Of a stretch of 64,000 bases of DNA, positions 11,325 through 24,352 are shown in pieces (within the stretch, counting starts at the first letter, position 1; each line of letters begins with the position of its first letter). The translations under genes were made by a program, and so were the position numbers. The notes under the pieces are model-generated. The model had not been told where the DNA came from. It saw only the letters and a list, made by a program, of their open reading frames with translations, and did no database searches. The DNA comes from Bacilli bacterium (GTDB lineage: Bacteria; Bacillota_I; Bacilli_A; RFN20; CAG-826), in assembly GCA_024399115.1 (NCBI GenBank), contig JAKSHZ010000002.1:19790-83789 (forward strand). The letters run 5' to 3'.

Positions 11325-11765
11325 TTATTTCACCTCAACTGTGCCGCCAGCTTTTTCGATGGCGTCTTTTGCGCTAGCAGAGAAAGCAGCTGCTTCAACA
11401 TTTAATTTCTTAGTTAATGAACCATTGCCTAAGACTTTGATGCCGCTACATTCCTTTTTAACTAAACCTGCTTCGATTAATAAAGCAGCGTTAACTGTTG
11501 TGCCATCTTCAAATTTTTCCAAAGAGGAAACATTGACTGTTGCATAATTGACATGATTAACATTTTTGAAACCACGTTTTGGTAAAGCTCTCCATAAAGG
11601 TAATTGACCACCTTCGAAACCGAGAGCGACACCGCCACCACTACGTGAATTTTGACCCTTGTGACCTTTACCACAAGTTTTTCCGTTGCCTGAGCCTAAG
11701 CCACGGCCTTTACGGAAGCCTTCAACACGTGAACCAGTAGTATATGATAAGTTATTTAATTTCAT
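11325..11765 (-). CDS. rplO: 50S ribosomal protein L15
   Basis: 146 aa, Gly-rich N-terminus. Confidence 0.85.
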   Translation of the reverse strand: MKLNNLSYTTGSRVEGFRKGRGLGSGNGKTCGKGHKGQNSRSGGGVALGFEGGQLPLWRALPKRGFKNVNHVNYATVNVSSLEKFEDGTTVNAALLIEAGLVKKECSGIKVLGNGSLTKKLNVEAAAFSASAKDAIEKAGGTVEVK

Positions 11766-11782
11766 AATTTCCTATCCTCCTA

Positions 11783-12424
11783 CTATTCTTTGCCACGAAG
11801 TTCTTTCATAACTTTGTAGCTCTTTAAACTATTTAAGCCTTGGTTTGTAGCTCTAATGATGTTGATTGGAGCTCTTGAACCATAAACTTTAGAACAGACG
11901 TTTTGAACACCTGCTAATTCTAAGATAGCTCTGACTGGACCACCAGCGATAACACCAGTACCTTCAGGAGCTGGTTTTAAGTAAACGTTACATGCGCCGA
12001 ATTTACCAACGACTTCATGTGAAATTGTATTACCTTTAACTAAGTGGATCTTGTAAGTGTTCTTCTTAGCAGCTTCGCTTGCTTTCTTAATTGCATCTGG
12101 AACTTCAGCAGCCTTTGCTAATGCGAAACCATATTTACCTTTGTGGTCACCAATGACGACAAGGGCAGTGAATTTCATTCTACGGCCACCTTTAACAGTC
12201 TTACTGACACGATTAATGAAGACAACTCTTTCTTCGTATTCTTTTGGTTCGTCTCTTCTATCTGGACGTTTGCCATCGCGACGTGGGCCTCTGCCGTTTC
12301 TGTCGCCATGTGGACGTCTGTCACCGCGAGGAGCTCTTTTTTCGTTTGGAGCGCCTGCGACAGGTGCTTCTGCAGCAACAGCTGCTTCGACTTTAACTTC
12401 TTCTGCCATTTTAGTGCCCTCCAT
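11783..12424 (-). CDS. rpsE: 30S ribosomal protein S5 with Arg/Asp/Ala-rich N-terminal extension
   Basis: 213 aa. S5 core begins near aa 65. The extension reads [29 protein letters not shown]. Confidence 0.85.
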   Translation of the reverse strand: MEGTKMAEEVKVEAAVAAEAPVAGAPNEKRAPRGDRRPHGDRNGRGPRRDGKRPDRRDEPKEYEERVVFINRVSKTVKGGRRMKFTALVVIGDHKGKYGFALAKAAEVPDAIKKASEAAKKNTYKIHLVKGNTISHEVVGKFGACNVYLKPAPEGTGVIAGGPVRAILELAGVQNVCSKVYGSRAPINIIRATNQGLNSLKSYKVMKELRGKE

Positions 12425-12780
12425 TAGAATTCTAAGCCTGCTTCACGAGCAGCGTCTGCAAGTGCTTTGACACGGCCTGTATAAACATAGCCTGATCTAT
12501 CAAAGACAACCTTTTTAATGTTTTTAGCGATAGCTTTTGCACCGACATCAGCGCCAACTTTGACTGCTGCTTCGATATTGCTACCATTTTCGAGTTTTAA
12601 ACTCATTGAGCTAGATGATACTAATGTAACACCTTTAACGTCATCAATGATTTGTGCTTCGATGTTCTTGTTTGAACGGTAGAGGCATAATCTTGGACAT
12701 TCAGCTGTGCCAGAAATTTTTGCTCTGACTCTTGCGTGTCTTCTAACTCTGCTGATATTTTTGCTTTCTTTAGAAATCAT
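12424..12780 (-). CDS. rplR: 50S ribosomal protein L18
   Basis: 118 aa. Confidence 0.85.
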   Translation of the reverse strand: MISKESKNISRVRRHARVRAKISGTAECPRLCLYRSNKNIEAQIIDDVKGVTLVSSSSMSLKLENGSNIEAAVKVGADVGAKAIAKNIKKVVFDRSGYVYTGRVKALADAAREAGLEF

Positions 12781-12800
12781 ATATCTGTCCTACCTTTCAA

Positions 12801-13343
12801 CTATTTAGAACCAGCACGTTTACCTTCCTTAGTAACAACGTGTTCGTCAGTGTAACGAATACCTTTGCCTAAGTATGGTTCTGGTCTTCTAACATCTCTA
12901 ATTAAAGCTGCTGTTTGACCAACTGCTTGTTTGTCGATACCTTCAACTGTGATTTTAGTTAAGTCAGCGACTGAGATCTTAGCACCTTTTGTTGGAGCGA
13001 TTGTGATTGTGTGTGAATAGCCAGCCCATAATTCAACAGCTTCGCCTTTCATTTGAGCTTTAAATCCAATACCAATCATATCAAGAGTTTTCTTATAACC
13101 GTCTTTAACACCAACTACTGCTGCTGCGACGTTAGCTCTTGTTGTACCGTGATTTTGCTTTGTTTGTTTTTCTTCATTAGCACGTGTGAATGATACGACG
13201 TTACCTTCTTGGTGAAGAGTAATGCCTTTATTGATTGCAACGTTTAATGTGCCTTTTGGGCCTTTAACTTCAGCAACATCACCATTAACTGTAATTGTTA
13301 CACCTTCAGGAAGTGTGATAATTTTGTTTCCAATACGAGACAT
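12801..13343 (-). CDS. rplF: 50S ribosomal protein L6
   Basis: 180 aa. Confidence 0.85.
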   Translation of the reverse strand: MSRIGNKIITLPEGVTITVNGDVAEVKGPKGTLNVAINKGITLHQEGNVVSFTRANEEKQTKQNHGTTRANVAAAVVGVKDGYKKTLDMIGIGFKAQMKGEAVELWAGYSHTITIAPTKGAKISVADLTKITVEGIDKQAVGQTAALIRDVRRPEPYLGKGIRYTDEHVVTKEGKRAGSK

Positions 13344-13356
13344 TATCTATTCCTCC

Positions 13357-13749
13357 TTACCAGACGTAGCAGATTACTTCACCACCGATGCCAAGTGTTC
13401 TTGCTTTTGCGTCAGTCATAACGCCTTGGCTAGTGGAAATAATTGCGATACCTAAACCTTTTAAAACCTTTGGAAGTTTTTCACAGCCAACGTTAACACG
13501 TAAGCCTGGTTTAGAGATTTTCTTAAGACCTGAGATAACTTTAGTGCCATCAGCAGCGTACTTAAGTGTAATTGATAATTCTTTGATTGCTTTACCAGAG
13601 ACTTTGTAGTCTACGATGAAGCCTTCATCTTTTAAAATCTTTGCGATTTCGACTTTCATCTTGCTAGAAGGCATCGCAACAGATTCATACTTTAATGCAT
13701 TTGCATTGCGGATTCTTGTTAACATATCCGCGATTGGATCAGTCATCAT
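13357..13749 (-). CDS. rpsH: 30S ribosomal protein S8
   Basis: 130 aa. Confidence 0.85.
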   Translation of the reverse strand: MMTDPIADMLTRIRNANALKYESVAMPSSKMKVEIAKILKDEGFIVDYKVSGKAIKELSITLKYAADGTKVISGLKKISKPGLRVNVGCEKLPKVLKGLGIAIISTSQGVMTDAKARTLGIGGEVICYVW

Positions 13750-13777
13750 AATTTTTAATCGATATCCTTTCTATCTT

Positions 13778-13963
13778 TTACCAAGATGATTTTTTCATTC
13801 CAGGAATTTCACCTTTGTAAGCTAATTCACGAAGGCAAATTCTGCATAAATGGAATTTTGAGTAGACGGAATGAGGACGTCCACAACGTTCGCAACGTGT
13901 GTATTCACGAACTTTGTATTTAGCTGGTCTAGCTTGTTTATTTTTTAAACTTGTTTTTGCCAT
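13778..13963 (-). CDS. rpsN: 30S ribosomal protein S14 type Z (zinc-binding)
   Basis: 61 aa with CERCGRPHS...CRIC zinc ribbon. Confidence 0.85.
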   Translation of the reverse strand: MAKTSLKNKQARPAKYKVREYTRCERCGRPHSVYSKFHLCRICLRELAYKGEIPGMKKSSW

Positions 13964-13983
13964 ACTTTAACGTTCTCCTTTCC

Positions 13984-14670
13984 TTATTTGTGGAATGGCA
14001 TACCTAATAATTCTAATAATGTGTATGCTTCATCGTCTTTCTTAGCTGTAGTGACAATAACAATGTCCATACCTCTAACTTTTGCAACCTTATCGTAGTC
14101 GATTTCAGGGAAGATTAATTGTTCTTTAATACCTAAAGTGTAGTTACCTCTTCCGTCGAATGCGTTTTTAGAAACGCCTCTGAAGTCTCTAACACGTGGT
14201 AAGCAGATTGTGACTAACTTATCTAAGAAGTCCCACATTCTTAAACCACGGAGGGTTACTTTACAACCAATTTCTTGACCTTCTCTTAATTTGAAAGTAG
14301 CAATTGATTTCTTAGCTTTTGTAACGACTGGTTTTTGACCAGTAATTAATGTTAATTCTGAGACAGCTTCTTCTAAGCGTTTGCTGTCTTGAGTTGCATC
14401 ACCAACACCGATGTTAATAACGATTTTGTTTAATGCAGGAATTTGCATTGTTGAAGAATAACCATATTTTTCTAATAATGCTTTTCTGATTTCTGTTTCG
14501 TATTTAACTTGTAAACGGTTAACGACTGCAGCTTTTTTGTTTCCGCCTTTAGCAGCTTTCTTTGCTTTTGGTGCTGCTGGTGCTTCAGCTACTGGAGCTT
14601 CAGCTTTTGGAGCAGCTGGTTTCTTAGCAGCTGTCTTTTTAGCGACTGTCTTTTTTGCTTCTTCTGCCAT
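13984..14670 (-). CDS. rplE: 50S ribosomal protein L5 with Lys/Ala/Pro-rich N-terminal extension
   Basis: L5 core starts at [18 protein letters not shown] at 14668-14670 (MAEEAKKT...) is preceded by GGAGGAG and sits just after the rplX stop, so it is preferred over the longer track ORF start at 14778. Confidence 0.75.
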   Translation of the reverse strand: MAEEAKKTVAKKTAAKKPAAPKAEAPVAEAPAAPKAKKAAKGGNKKAAVVNRLQVKYETEIRKALLEKYGYSSTMQIPALNKIVINIGVGDATQDSKRLEEAVSELTLITGQKPVVTKAKKSIATFKLREGQEIGCKVTLRGLRMWDFLDKLVTICLPRVRDFRGVSKNAFDGRGNYTLGIKEQLIFPEIDYDKVAKVRGMDIVIVTTAKKDDEAYTLLELLGMPFHK

Positions 14671-14683
14671 GATTAGCTCCTCC

Positions 14684-14989
14684 TTATAATACTGTGCCGC
14701 TCTTCTTTGCGACACGGACTTTTTTACCATCAACGATCTTGTGACCGATCTTTGTTGGTTTTTTAGTCTTTGGATCAACTATCGCGACGTTTGATGCATT
14801 GATTGGAGCATAGATCTCGACAATGCCACCGTCTGGATTAGCTTGAGTTGGTTTATTGCATTTCTTACGAATGTTAACGCCTTCAACGACAACTCTGTTT
14901 GATTCTGGAATGACTTTTTGAATTGTTCCAGTTTTGCCTTTATCGCGACCTGCGATCACGATAACGTTATCACCTTTTTTCAAATTCAT
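14684..14989 (-). CDS. rplX: 50S ribosomal protein L24
   Basis: 101 aa with KOW motif. Confidence 0.85.
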   Translation of the reverse strand: MNLKKGDNVIVIAGRDKGKTGTIQKVIPESNRVVVEGVNIRKKCNKPTQANPDGGIVEIYAPINASNVAIVDPKTKKPTKIGHKIVDGKKVRVAKKSGTVL

Positions 14990-15001
14990 GATAAGTCCTC
15001 C

Positions 15002-15379
15002 TTATAAAACTTCTGGAGCGAGGGAAACAATTTTCATGAATCCTTCAACACCTTTTTCACGTAATTCTCTAGCAACTGGGCCGAATACACGTGTGCCTAC
15101 AGGTGCGCAATCATCATTAATAATAACAACAGCGTTATCATCAAATGAGATTGTTGAACCATCAGCTCTGATAATGTTTTTCTTTGTTCTAACGATGACA
15201 CATTTAACGACATCGCCTTTTTTAACTTTACCGTTAGGAATTGCGTCCTTAACAGCAGCCTTGATGACATCTCCGACGTAAGATGTTTTACGAGTTGATC
15301 CACCGTATAAAGTGAATGCTCTAACTGAACGTGCGCCTGAGTTATCAGCGACGACTAAGTTTGTTTCCTTTTGGATCAT
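15002..15379 (-). CDS. rplN: 50S ribosomal protein L14
   Basis: 125 aa, MIQKETNL start. Confidence 0.85.
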   Translation of the reverse strand: MIQKETNLVVADNSGARSVRAFTLYGGSTRKTSYVGDVIKAAVKDAIPNGKVKKGDVVKCVIVRTKKNIIRADGSTISFDDNAVVIINDDCAPVGTRVFGPVARELREKGVEGFMKIVSLAPEVL

Positions 15380-15381
15380 AC

Positions 15382-15684
15382 TTATTCAGCCTCCTTAGCA
15401 TCATCAGCAACTTTAACGACTTCAACAGCCTTCTTGTCGATAGAAACTAATCTGAATCTCTTAGAAGCAGATAATTTTCTTGTTTCCATAACTGTGACTG
15501 TATCGCCAACTTTTGCTTCATTGTTTTCATCGTGTGCGTAGAATTTCTTGCGGTATTTAACACGTTTTCCGTATTTTGAGTGTCTGCGGTGTGTTTCAAC
15601 AAGGACGGTGATGGTTTTGTCGTTTTTATCTGAAACAACGACGCCTTGAACTGTTCTACGAGTAGCAACTTTTCTTTCTTCCAT
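15382..15684 (-). CDS. rpsQ: 30S ribosomal protein S17
   Basis: 100 aa. Confidence 0.85.
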   Translation of the reverse strand: MEERKVATRRTVQGVVVSDKNDKTITVLVETHRRHSKYGKRVKYRKKFYAHDENNEAKVGDTVTVMETRKLSASKRFRLVSIDKKAVEVVKVADDAKEAE

Positions 15685-15698
15685 GCTTGACGACCTCC

Positions 15699-15899
15699 TT
15701 ATTTATTACCAGCGATTTCTCTCTCACGGATAACTAAGTTAACACGTGCGATGTCTTTTCTAACGCCGATTACTTGTTCTGGTTTTTCGAGAGCTCCAAC
15801 AGCTTTCTTTCTGCGGAGTTCGAATAACTCTTCTTTAAGTGAGTATAATTTTTCTTTTAACTCACTCGTTGATAATTCACGAACTTCATTAATTTTCAT
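15699..15899 (-). CDS. rpmC: 50S ribosomal protein L29
   Basis: 66 aa. Confidence 0.8.
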   Translation of the reverse strand: MKINEVRELSTSELKEKLYSLKEELFELRRKKAVGALEKPEQVIGVRKDIARVNLVIREREIAGNK

Positions 15900-15904
15900 A
15901 ACTA

Positions 15905-16315
15905 CTACTCACCTTTCTTAATAACTTTACATTTGATTGGTAATTTGTAAGCTGCTAAACGAAGTGCTTCTCTCATGTCTTCTTCTGCAACACCTGCGAT
16001 TTCAAACATGCAGCAACCTTCTCTAACAACTGCTACCCAACCTTCTGGTGAACCTTTACCAGAACCCATACGAACTTCAGCAGGCTTTTTAGTCTTTGCT
16101 AAGTGTGGGAAGATTCTGATCCAGATTTGTCCGCCTCTTTTTGTATAACGAGACATGACGATACGAGCTGCTTCAATTTGTCTTGCAGTGATCCATGCGC
16201 CTTCTAAAGCTTGAAGACCGAATTCACCGAATGCGACTGTTGTACCGCTCTTGGAGTGTCCTTCATATTTAATGATGTGTGGACGTCTATATTTAACTCT
16301 TTTTGGTTGTAACAT
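15905..16315 (-). CDS. rplP: 50S ribosomal protein L16
   Basis: 136 aa. Confidence 0.9.
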   Translation of the reverse strand: MLQPKRVKYRRPHIIKYEGHSKSGTTVAFGEFGLQALEGAWITARQIEAARIVMSRYTKRGGQIWIRIFPHLAKTKKPAEVRMGSGKGSPEGWVAVVREGCCMFEIAGVAEEDMREALRLAAYKLPIKCKVIKKGE

Positions 16316-16320
16316 AGCGA

Positions 16321-16995
16321 TTATTCTCCTTTTTCGTCTTTCTTAGAGAGTTCAGGACGAATTTCACCTCTACAAATCCAAACTTTAACGCCTAAGCGTC
16401 CGTATTGAGTTGCAGCTGAGACGTGTGCGTAGTCGATGTCGCTACGTAATGTATGTAGAGGGATAACACCTTCACGGTAACCTTCTGCACGAGCGATATC
16501 AGCGCCACCAAGTCTACCAGAGATTGAAGTTTTGATACCTTTTGCTCCAGCTTTTCTAACTCTTTGGATTGCTTTCTTTTGAACAGTTCTGAAACTTGCT
16601 CTTTCTTCTAATTGTTTAGCGATTTCTTGAGCAACGATTGTAGCGTCTAAGTCTGGTTGTTTAACTTCGACAACGTCAACTCTAACATTGCTGCTCTTGA
16701 GCATCTTAGCTAAATTGTCTTTAACTTCGTTGATCTTTTTGCCATCTTGTCCGATAACAACACCTGGACGTGCGACATAGATCATAACGACGACGTCTTG
16801 TCCCTTATCACTCTTAGTTCTTTCGATTTCGACGTGAGAGACTAATGCGTCTTTTAAACTTGATTCGAGATATTTACGAATTTTAATATCTTCGTTGAGG
16901 AATACATGATAATCATTATCATTTGCGTACCATCTTGAATTCCAAGGTTTGTTGATACCGATACGCATACCTACTGGATTAACTTTTTGACCCAT
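16321..16995 (-). CDS. rpsC: 30S ribosomal protein S3
   Basis: 224 aa with KH domain. Confidence 0.9.
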   Translation of the reverse strand: MGQKVNPVGMRIGINKPWNSRWYANDNDYHVFLNEDIKIRKYLESSLKDALVSHVEIERTKSDKGQDVVVMIYVARPGVVIGQDGKKINEVKDNLAKMLKSSNVRVDVVEVKQPDLDATIVAQEIAKQLEERASFRTVQKKAIQRVRKAGAKGIKTSISGRLGGADIARAEGYREGVIPLHTLRSDIDYAHVSAATQYGRLGVKVWICRGEIRPELSKKDEKGE

Positions 16996-17008
16996 TGAGT
17001 GCTTCCTC

Positions 17009-17578
17009 CTATCTCATTTTGACCACACAAGTAATGTGGCAATCACGTTTTACTAATCCAGAAGCTGAACCTTTAGCTCTTGGAATATAACGTTTCATTC
17101 TTAATCCGTCATTTGCATAGATTGTTGCGATGTATAATGCATCTTCATCCATACCGAAGTTGTTAGTAGCATTAGCTGCAGCTGACTTAATAACCTTAAT
17201 AACAGGTACGCTTGCTGCGCGATTGACGTTTGCTAAGATACCGAGTGCTTCTTTAACAGATTTTCCTCTAACAAGATCAATAACTAATCTTGCTTTTCTT
17301 GGAGTTAAGCGAACGTTTTTAGCAGTTGCTGTTGCTTCAGTTGGCATAACCTTTACTGGTTTTTCAACTTTAGCTGGTTTTTCAACCTTTGCAGCTTTCT
17401 TTGCTTTTGGAGCCTTAGCAGCTTTTGGAGCTTCTTTGACTTCTTCTGCTTTAACTTCTGCTTTAACTTCTTCAACAGGAGCTTCTACTTTTTTAGGAGC
17501 AGCTTTCTTTGTAGCTGGCTTCTTAGCAGCTGTAGAAGTTGTCTTCTTTGCTGCTGGCTTTTTTGTTTCTTCTGCCAT
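17009..17578 (-). CDS. rplV: 50S ribosomal protein L22 with about 75-aa Lys/Ala/Pro/Glu-rich N-terminal extension
   Basis: 189 aa. L22 core begins near ...NVRLTPRKARLVIDLVRGK. The extension is built of [23 protein letters not shown] repeats. Confidence 0.8.
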   Translation of the reverse strand: MAEETKKPAAKKTTSTAAKKPATKKAAPKKVEAPVEEVKAEVKAEEVKEAPKAAKAPKAKKAAKVEKPAKVEKPVKVMPTEATATAKNVRLTPRKARLVIDLVRGKSVKEALGILANVNRAASVPVIKVIKSAAANATNNFGMDEDALYIATIYANDGLRMKRYIPRAKGSASGLVKRDCHITCVVKMR

Positions 17579-17591
17579 GAGTATCTACCTC

Positions 17592-17888
17592 CTATCTCTT
17601 TCCGGCTGCAGCTGCTTTATCTTCAGCAGTGTGGCCTGTATGTCCAGTGAATTTTCTTGTTGGAGAGAATTCACCAAGTTTGTGACCGACCATATCTTCT
17701 GTAACATAAACAGAGATGTGTTCTCTACCGTTGTAAACTGCGAAAGTGAGTCCAACGAATGATGGATAAATTGTGCTTCTTCTTGACCATGTCTTAATGA
17801 CTTCTTTTTTGCCAGATGCGTTTAATGCTTCGACTTTCTTCATTAAGTGTTCATCAACGAATGCGCCTTTTTTCAAACTTCTTGCCAT
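17592..17888 (-). CDS. rpsS: 30S ribosomal protein S19
   Basis: 98 aa. Confidence 0.9.
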   Translation of the reverse strand: MARSLKKGAFVDEHLMKKVEALNASGKKEVIKTWSRRSTIYPSFVGLTFAVYNGREHISVYVTEDMVGHKLGEFSPTRKFTGHTGHTAEDKAAAAGKR

Positions 17889-17907
17889 GATTCATTTCTC
17901 CTTTCCA

Positions 17908-18741
17908 CTATTTACCGTTGCGGCGTTTCATAATTAATTTACCGCTTGCTTTCTTTTGGTTACGTGTCTTAACGCCTAATGCACGCTTGCCCCAAGGAGT
18001 TCTTGGTGCATCACGTCCGACTGGACACTTACCTTCACCACCACCATGAGGGTGATCGTTAGGGTTCATAACTGAACCTCTGACTGTTGGTCTGACACCA
18101 GCCCAACGAGTTTTACCTGCTTTACCTTTATTGATTAAGTTCCAGTCTTCATTACCGACTGTACCAATAGTAGCACGGCATTCGCCTAAGATTTTTCTCA
18201 TTTCACCAGATGCTAAACGCACGATGACATATTTTCCTTCAGCACCTAAAACTTGAGCTGCAGCACCAGCTGCTCTACATAATTGACCACCATTTCCTGG
18301 AACTAATTCAATGTTGTGAATGAATGTACCTTCAGGGATGTTCTTTAAGCAGCAGCTATTGCCTGGCATGATATCAGCAGATGTTCCAGAAACAACTGTC
18401 CATCCTACTTTGATATCTTTTGGTGCGAGAATGTAACGCTTTTCACCATCAGCATAAACGACTAAGCAAATATTTGCGTTACGGTTTGGGTCGTACTCGA
18501 CTGTCTTGATAACGCCTGGGATATTATCCTTATTACGTTTGAAGTCGATAATACGATATTTACGTTTATGACCTCCACCAATGTGACGGCATGTAATCTT
18601 ACCTTGATTGTTTCTACCGCCAGTCTTGGAAATACTGACTAATAAGCTTTTCTCAGGAGTTGTACAAGTGATTTCACTGAATGTCGAGTTTGTCATGTTT
18701 CTACGGCTTGGGCTCGTAGGTTTGTAAGTTCTAATTGACAT
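17908..18741 (-). CDS. rplB: 50S ribosomal protein L2
   Basis: 277 aa. Confidence 0.9.
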   Translation of the reverse strand: MSIRTYKPTSPSRRNMTNSTFSEITCTTPEKSLLVSISKTGGRNNQGKITCRHIGGGHKRKYRIIDFKRNKDNIPGVIKTVEYDPNRNANICLVVYADGEKRYILAPKDIKVGWTVVSGTSADIMPGNSCCLKNIPEGTFIHNIELVPGNGGQLCRAAGAAAQVLGAEGKYVIVRLASGEMRKILGECRATIGTVGNEDWNLINKGKAGKTRWAGVRPTVRGSVMNPNDHPHGGGEGKCPVGRDAPRTPWGKRALGVKTRNQKKASGKLIMKRRNGK

Positions 18742-18780
18742 TACTTTGTCCTCCTATAATTTGAATAGTTTGAACTCTAA

Positions 18781-19107
18781 CTATTCTTTGAATAAGTCAA
18801 TTGCATCGCCTTCAGCGACAGTAACAATTGCTTTTTTGTAACCAGAGATTGTACCGCTGTAACGTGTACCTCTAGTTGTTGATTTTGCTCTGACGTTTGC
18901 AACTTTAACTTCAACAACTTTAACTTGGAAAATTCTTTCGAAAGCTAATTTGATTTCTGTTTTGTTGCTGCCAGCAGCTACTTTTACTGTGACTTTGTTT
19001 TCGTTTTGCATTAATGCCATAGTCTTTTCAGTAATGACAGGCTTAACGATAACTGAGAAGTCTTTTTCAGTCGCTTTTGGGAAGCGTAATTCTGTTTTCT
19101 TAGCCAT
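18781..19107 (-). CDS. rplW: 50S ribosomal protein L23
   Basis: 108 aa. Confidence 0.85.
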   Translation of the reverse strand: MAKKTELRFPKATEKDFSVIVKPVITEKTMALMQNENKVTVKVAAGSNKTEIKLAFERIFQVKVVEVKVANVRAKSTTRGTRYSGTISGYKKAIVTVAEGDAIDLFKE

Positions 19108-19109
19108 AA

Positions 19110-19745
19110 TTATTTCATTGCCTCCTCAACAGCTTTAACACTAGCCTTGCTCATGACGAGTGTATCAACATTTAATAAGTCAACAACTGAGATGTTATCT
19201 GAGCTGACGACTTTGACGTAACCAACGTTACGGCATGAAGCGAATAAGTTTTCATCGATATCTTCGACAACAACTAATGCTTTGCTTGCAACTTTAATTG
19301 CATCTAACATTGCAACAAAGTTTGCAGTTTTCTTTTCAGCAAATTTGATTTCGTCGACAACGACTAATGATTCTTTTGCTTTGATTGATAATGCACTCTT
19401 TAAAGCGAGTTTATGTTCTTTCTTATTTTGGGATAATTTGTAGTTTTGGTTACCTACTGGACCGAAAACGGTGCCACCACCAACCCAAATTGGTGAACGG
19501 GAACTACCAGCACGTGCACGGCCTGTTCCTTTTTGACGCCATGGTTTTTTACCACCACCGCGAACTTCATGTCTAACTTTAGTTTTAGCTGTAGCTTGAC
19601 GTGAGTTTGCTTGTTCGACTTGAACTGCATCGAACATTGCTTGGTTGTGAGCGTCGATACCGAATACTGAAGCGTCTAATGAGATAGTACCGACTTCTTC
19701 GCCAGCCATATTAACGACTTTAGTTGAAATTTTCTTACTTGCCAT
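19110..19745 (-). CDS. rplD: 50S ribosomal protein L4
   Basis: 211 aa. Confidence 0.85.
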   Translation of the reverse strand: MASKKISTKVVNMAGEEVGTISLDASVFGIDAHNQAMFDAVQVEQANSRQATAKTKVRHEVRGGGKKPWRQKGTGRARAGSSRSPIWVGGGTVFGPVGNQNYKLSQNKKEHKLALKSALSIKAKESLVVVDEIKFAEKKTANFVAMLDAIKVASKALVVVEDIDENLFASCRNVGYVKVVSSDNISVVDLLNVDTLVMSKASVKAVEEAMK

Positions 19746-19759
19746 TTTGACTATCCTCC

Positions 19760-20467
19760 TTATTCAGCTTTTGCTTCTGCTTCTACAGCAGCTGGAGCTT
19801 CACGAACGACTAACTTCTTTGCTTTTTCAGCGTTTTTAACGACTTTAACAGCACTTCTGATAGTAACGATTGATTTGCGTGCTCCTGGGATACCACCTTT
19901 AACTAAGATGTAACCTTTTTCTTCATTAACATCGACAACTAAGCAGTTTAAGATTGTTGCGCTTTCATTGCCCATGTGACCTGACATGTGCTTTCCTGGC
20001 ATAACACCGTGGTTATAACGACCGTTGTTAGCGAAGGAACCTTGTCCTCTGTGGTAACCTGAACCGTGGCCTTTAGGACCAATGATCATGTTCCATCTCT
20101 TGATTGTACCAGTGTAGCCGTGACCTTTGCTTACACCAATGACGTCGACGATATCGCCTGCTTTGAAGATGCCTGCTTTGATAACATCGCCAACATTGTA
20201 GTTAGCCATTTCATCACCTCTAAGTTCTTTTGAAACTTGGTGTGGGACTGTGTTAGCTTTCTTAGCAATACCTTTTTCACATTTGTTTGCTCTAGATTCT
20301 TTCATGTCCTCGTAGCCAACTTGGACTGCTACATAGCCATGCTTTTCAGCTGTTTTGACTTCTGTAACAACGTTTGGTAAGACTTCGACGACTGATACTG
20401 GATAGCATGTTCCATCTTCAGCGAAGACTTGAGTCATGCCCATTTTACGTCCGATAATTGCTTTCAT
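19760..20467 (-). CDS. rplC: 50S ribosomal protein L3
   Basis: 235 aa. Confidence 0.9.
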   Translation of the reverse strand: MKAIIGRKMGMTQVFAEDGTCYPVSVVEVLPNVVTEVKTAEKHGYVAVQVGYEDMKESRANKCEKGIAKKANTVPHQVSKELRGDEMANYNVGDVIKAGIFKAGDIVDVIGVSKGHGYTGTIKRWNMIIGPKGHGSGYHRGQGSFANNGRYNHGVMPGKHMSGHMGNESATILNCLVVDVNEEKGYILVKGGIPGARKSIVTIRSAVKVVKNAEKAKKLVVREAPAAVEAEAKAE

Positions 20468-20481
20468 GAACTCTTACCTCC

Positions 20482-20793
20482 CTATAATTTGATTTCGATA
20501 TCAACACCTGCAGGTAAGTCTAAATTCTTTAATGAATCTAATGTTTCCTTACGGTAGTTACTGATATCAATGATTCTTTTGTGTGTTCTGATTTCGAATT
20601 GTTCACGAGCGTCTTTGTATTTGTGAACAGCTCTTAAAATCGTGAATACTTGTTTTTCCGTTGGTAATGGAATTGGACCCACAACGGTAGCCCCAGTCTT
20701 CTTAGCAGCTTGGATGATCTTTTCAGCACTAGCATCAAGGTTGACGTGATCATAAGCTTTTAAGCGGACTCTAATTTTAGTTGCTTTTGCCAT
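20482..20793 (-). CDS. rpsJ: 30S ribosomal protein S10
   Basis: 103 aa. First gene of the operon. Confidence 0.9.
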   Translation of the reverse strand: MAKATKIRVRLKAYDHVNLDASAEKIIQAAKKTGATVVGPIPLPTEKQVFTILRAVHKYKDAREQFEIRTHKRIIDISNYRKETLDSLKNLDLPAGVDIEIKL

Positions 20794-20927
20794 GAATTAT
20801 TTTTCCTCCTATCACTTTCAGGCTTTGACGTAACTCTCTCAATGCGAATTCCCTGAATACACCTTCATGACAACGCCTGTGGGTGTATCAGCAACCTCGC
20901 ACATCATCGCGAGCAGTCAACGTAAAA

Positions 20928-20956
20928 ATATTACTCTTCTCACACGTATATGTCAA
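20928..20956 (-). promoter_or_regulatory. Sigma-A-type promoter of the S10 operon
   Basis: On the minus strand: TTGACA, 17-nt spacer, TAATAT. A leader of about 130 nt with several inverted repeats (CTCGCgatgatgtGCGAG, ACACC...GGTGT) follows before the rpsJ RBS GGAGGAAAA. Confidence 0.5.
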
Positions 20957-21059
20957 CGCGAAAAATTAATTTTTTTCAAATTATTATAATATAGGTCGCA
21001 TTTTAGACAACGAGCATAGGTGTGTCAAACTGCAGATAAAAATAAAAAACCGAGACAAA

Positions 21060-21698
21060 TTATTCTCGATTTTTGAGTTTTTCTTGGTATTTTTTGTACG
21101 AAAATATGCATCCACAATACTCTTGAAAATACATTTCGTGTTCTCGAATTATGATCAGAGATTGCTCATATCCATTACCCTTTTTGAAATCGGCAGGAAG
21201 CCATTTTGTAGGTCCATATTTCGTCACTAAATCGTAGCCAATTTCGTTAATATCTTTGGCGTTTTTGTACCTAGAAATGGTCATAACAGTGCCGAAATAA
21301 TCATATGACTTTTCTGCTGCGTAAGAAAATCCAAACTCCAATCTTTTCCTAAAACAAGCTCTGCATCTTTCGTGGCCTTCTGGCATTTCTCCGTATAGAT
21401 TTAAAGTTTCGTTGTAGGTTACATTATCGTAAGGTATCTCGATAATTTCGATATCTGCAGAAATATCCTTAACGTACTTCTTAAACTCTTCTAATCTACG
21501 ATCGTGTTCTTCCTTTGGGTAGATATTAGAGTTGTTATAAATAACAGTGATTCTGAAATAGTCCTTAAGTTCTTCAAACGGAATAGTAAAGCAAGGACCG
21601 CAGCAGGCATGTAAAAGCAGAGATGGTTTCACACCTCTGCTCTCTATATCCTTTAATATATGTTGCAATTCTTTTTGGTAATTTCTATTTTTTTGCAT
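21060..21698 (-). CDS. queH: Epoxyqueuosine reductase QueH (DUF208)
   Basis: Carries the LLLHACCGPC motif. Start chosen at MQKNRNYQKELQ, matching typical QueH N-termini. Overlaps the queA stop by 14 nt. Confidence 0.6.
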   Translation of the reverse strand: MQKNRNYQKELQHILKDIESRGVKPSLLLHACCGPCFTIPFEELKDYFRITVIYNNSNIYPKEEHDRRLEEFKKYVKDISADIEIIEIPYDNVTYNETLNLYGEMPEGHERCRACFRKRLEFGFSYAAEKSYDYFGTVMTISRYKNAKDINEIGYDLVTKYGPTKWLPADFKKGNGYEQSLIIIREHEMYFQEYCGCIFSYKKYQEKLKNRE

Positions 21699-22718
21699 AG
21701 ATGAACATTGAATCACCAAAGCTGAAGAATCTATATCTCTCTTCAACTGCGTGTTTATATACTTCTAATGTAAATTCTCTTCCCATAAATGCTGAAACAA
21801 GCATTACTAATGTAGATTTAGGTAAATGGAAATTAGTAACTAAACAATCAATAGCTTTAAATGTATAACCAGGTTCAATAAAGATGTTTGTAGACTCTTT
21901 TGTAGGGTAGAAAGTTCCATATTTAGTATAGTTAGCTTCAAGAGTTCTAGTTGAAGTAGTTCCTACCGCAATAATCCTACGATTTTGCGATTTTGCTTCA
22001 TTTAAAATGCGACAAGCTTCCTCTGTAATTTCATAGACTTCAGAGTGCATCACGTGATCTTTTGTATCTGTTACTTTGACTGGTCTAAATGTACCTAAAC
22101 CAATGTGTAAAGTTACGTCAACAATAGTGACGCCTTTCTCTTCTAACTTCTTAAAAATTTCTTCAGTGAAATGGAAGCCTGCAGTTGGAGCAGCAGCACT
22201 TCCTTCGAATTTAGCATAAACAGTTTGATATCTATCGTTTGTGCAGAGTTGTTGAGAAATATAAGGAGGAAGTGGCATTTTGCCTAATGCATCGAGAACT
22301 TCCATAAAAATTCCATCATAAATGAACTTAACATTCCTAAGTCCTTCTTCTTTTTCTTCGACAACTTCACCAATTAACTTACCATCACCAAAGCTAACTC
22401 TAGCACCGACTTTAAGCGATTTAGCTGGTCTAGTTAAGCATTCCCACACATCCCCTTCTAATTGTTTTAAAAGGAGGAGTTCGCATTGTGCTCCAGTGAT
22501 TTCCTTAGTGCCTAATAATCTAGCAGGAATGACTTTAGTATTATTTCTAACTAAAACATCACCAGCTTGAAAATAATCCACTATGTCGTGGAATATAGCG
22601 TCTTTATAAGACTTATTGTCCTTATCGATAAGTAATAAACGAGAGTAGTCTCTTTTATCACTTGGTTTTTGAGCGATAAGTTCTTCTGGAAGATAATAAT
22701 CAAATAAATTGATATCCA

Positions 22719-22719
<1 letters not shown>
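21685..22719 (-). CDS. queA: S-adenosylmethionine:tRNA ribosyltransferase-isomerase
   Basis: 344 aa with typical QueA sequence. Confidence 0.85.
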
Positions 22720-24343
<1,624 letters not shown>

Positions 24344-24352
24344 TTACATCTC

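Noticed and set aside
12057-12470. Plus-strand ORFs antisense to rpsE (and many similar antisense ORFs across 10-20 kb)
   Set aside because: Shadow ORFs typical of highly expressed conserved genes.
13984-14778. Long N-terminal version of rplE (264 aa) from the ORF track
   Set aside because: Upstream part overlaps rplX and lacks an RBS. ATG at 14668-14670 has GGAGGAG and is adjacent to the rplX stop.
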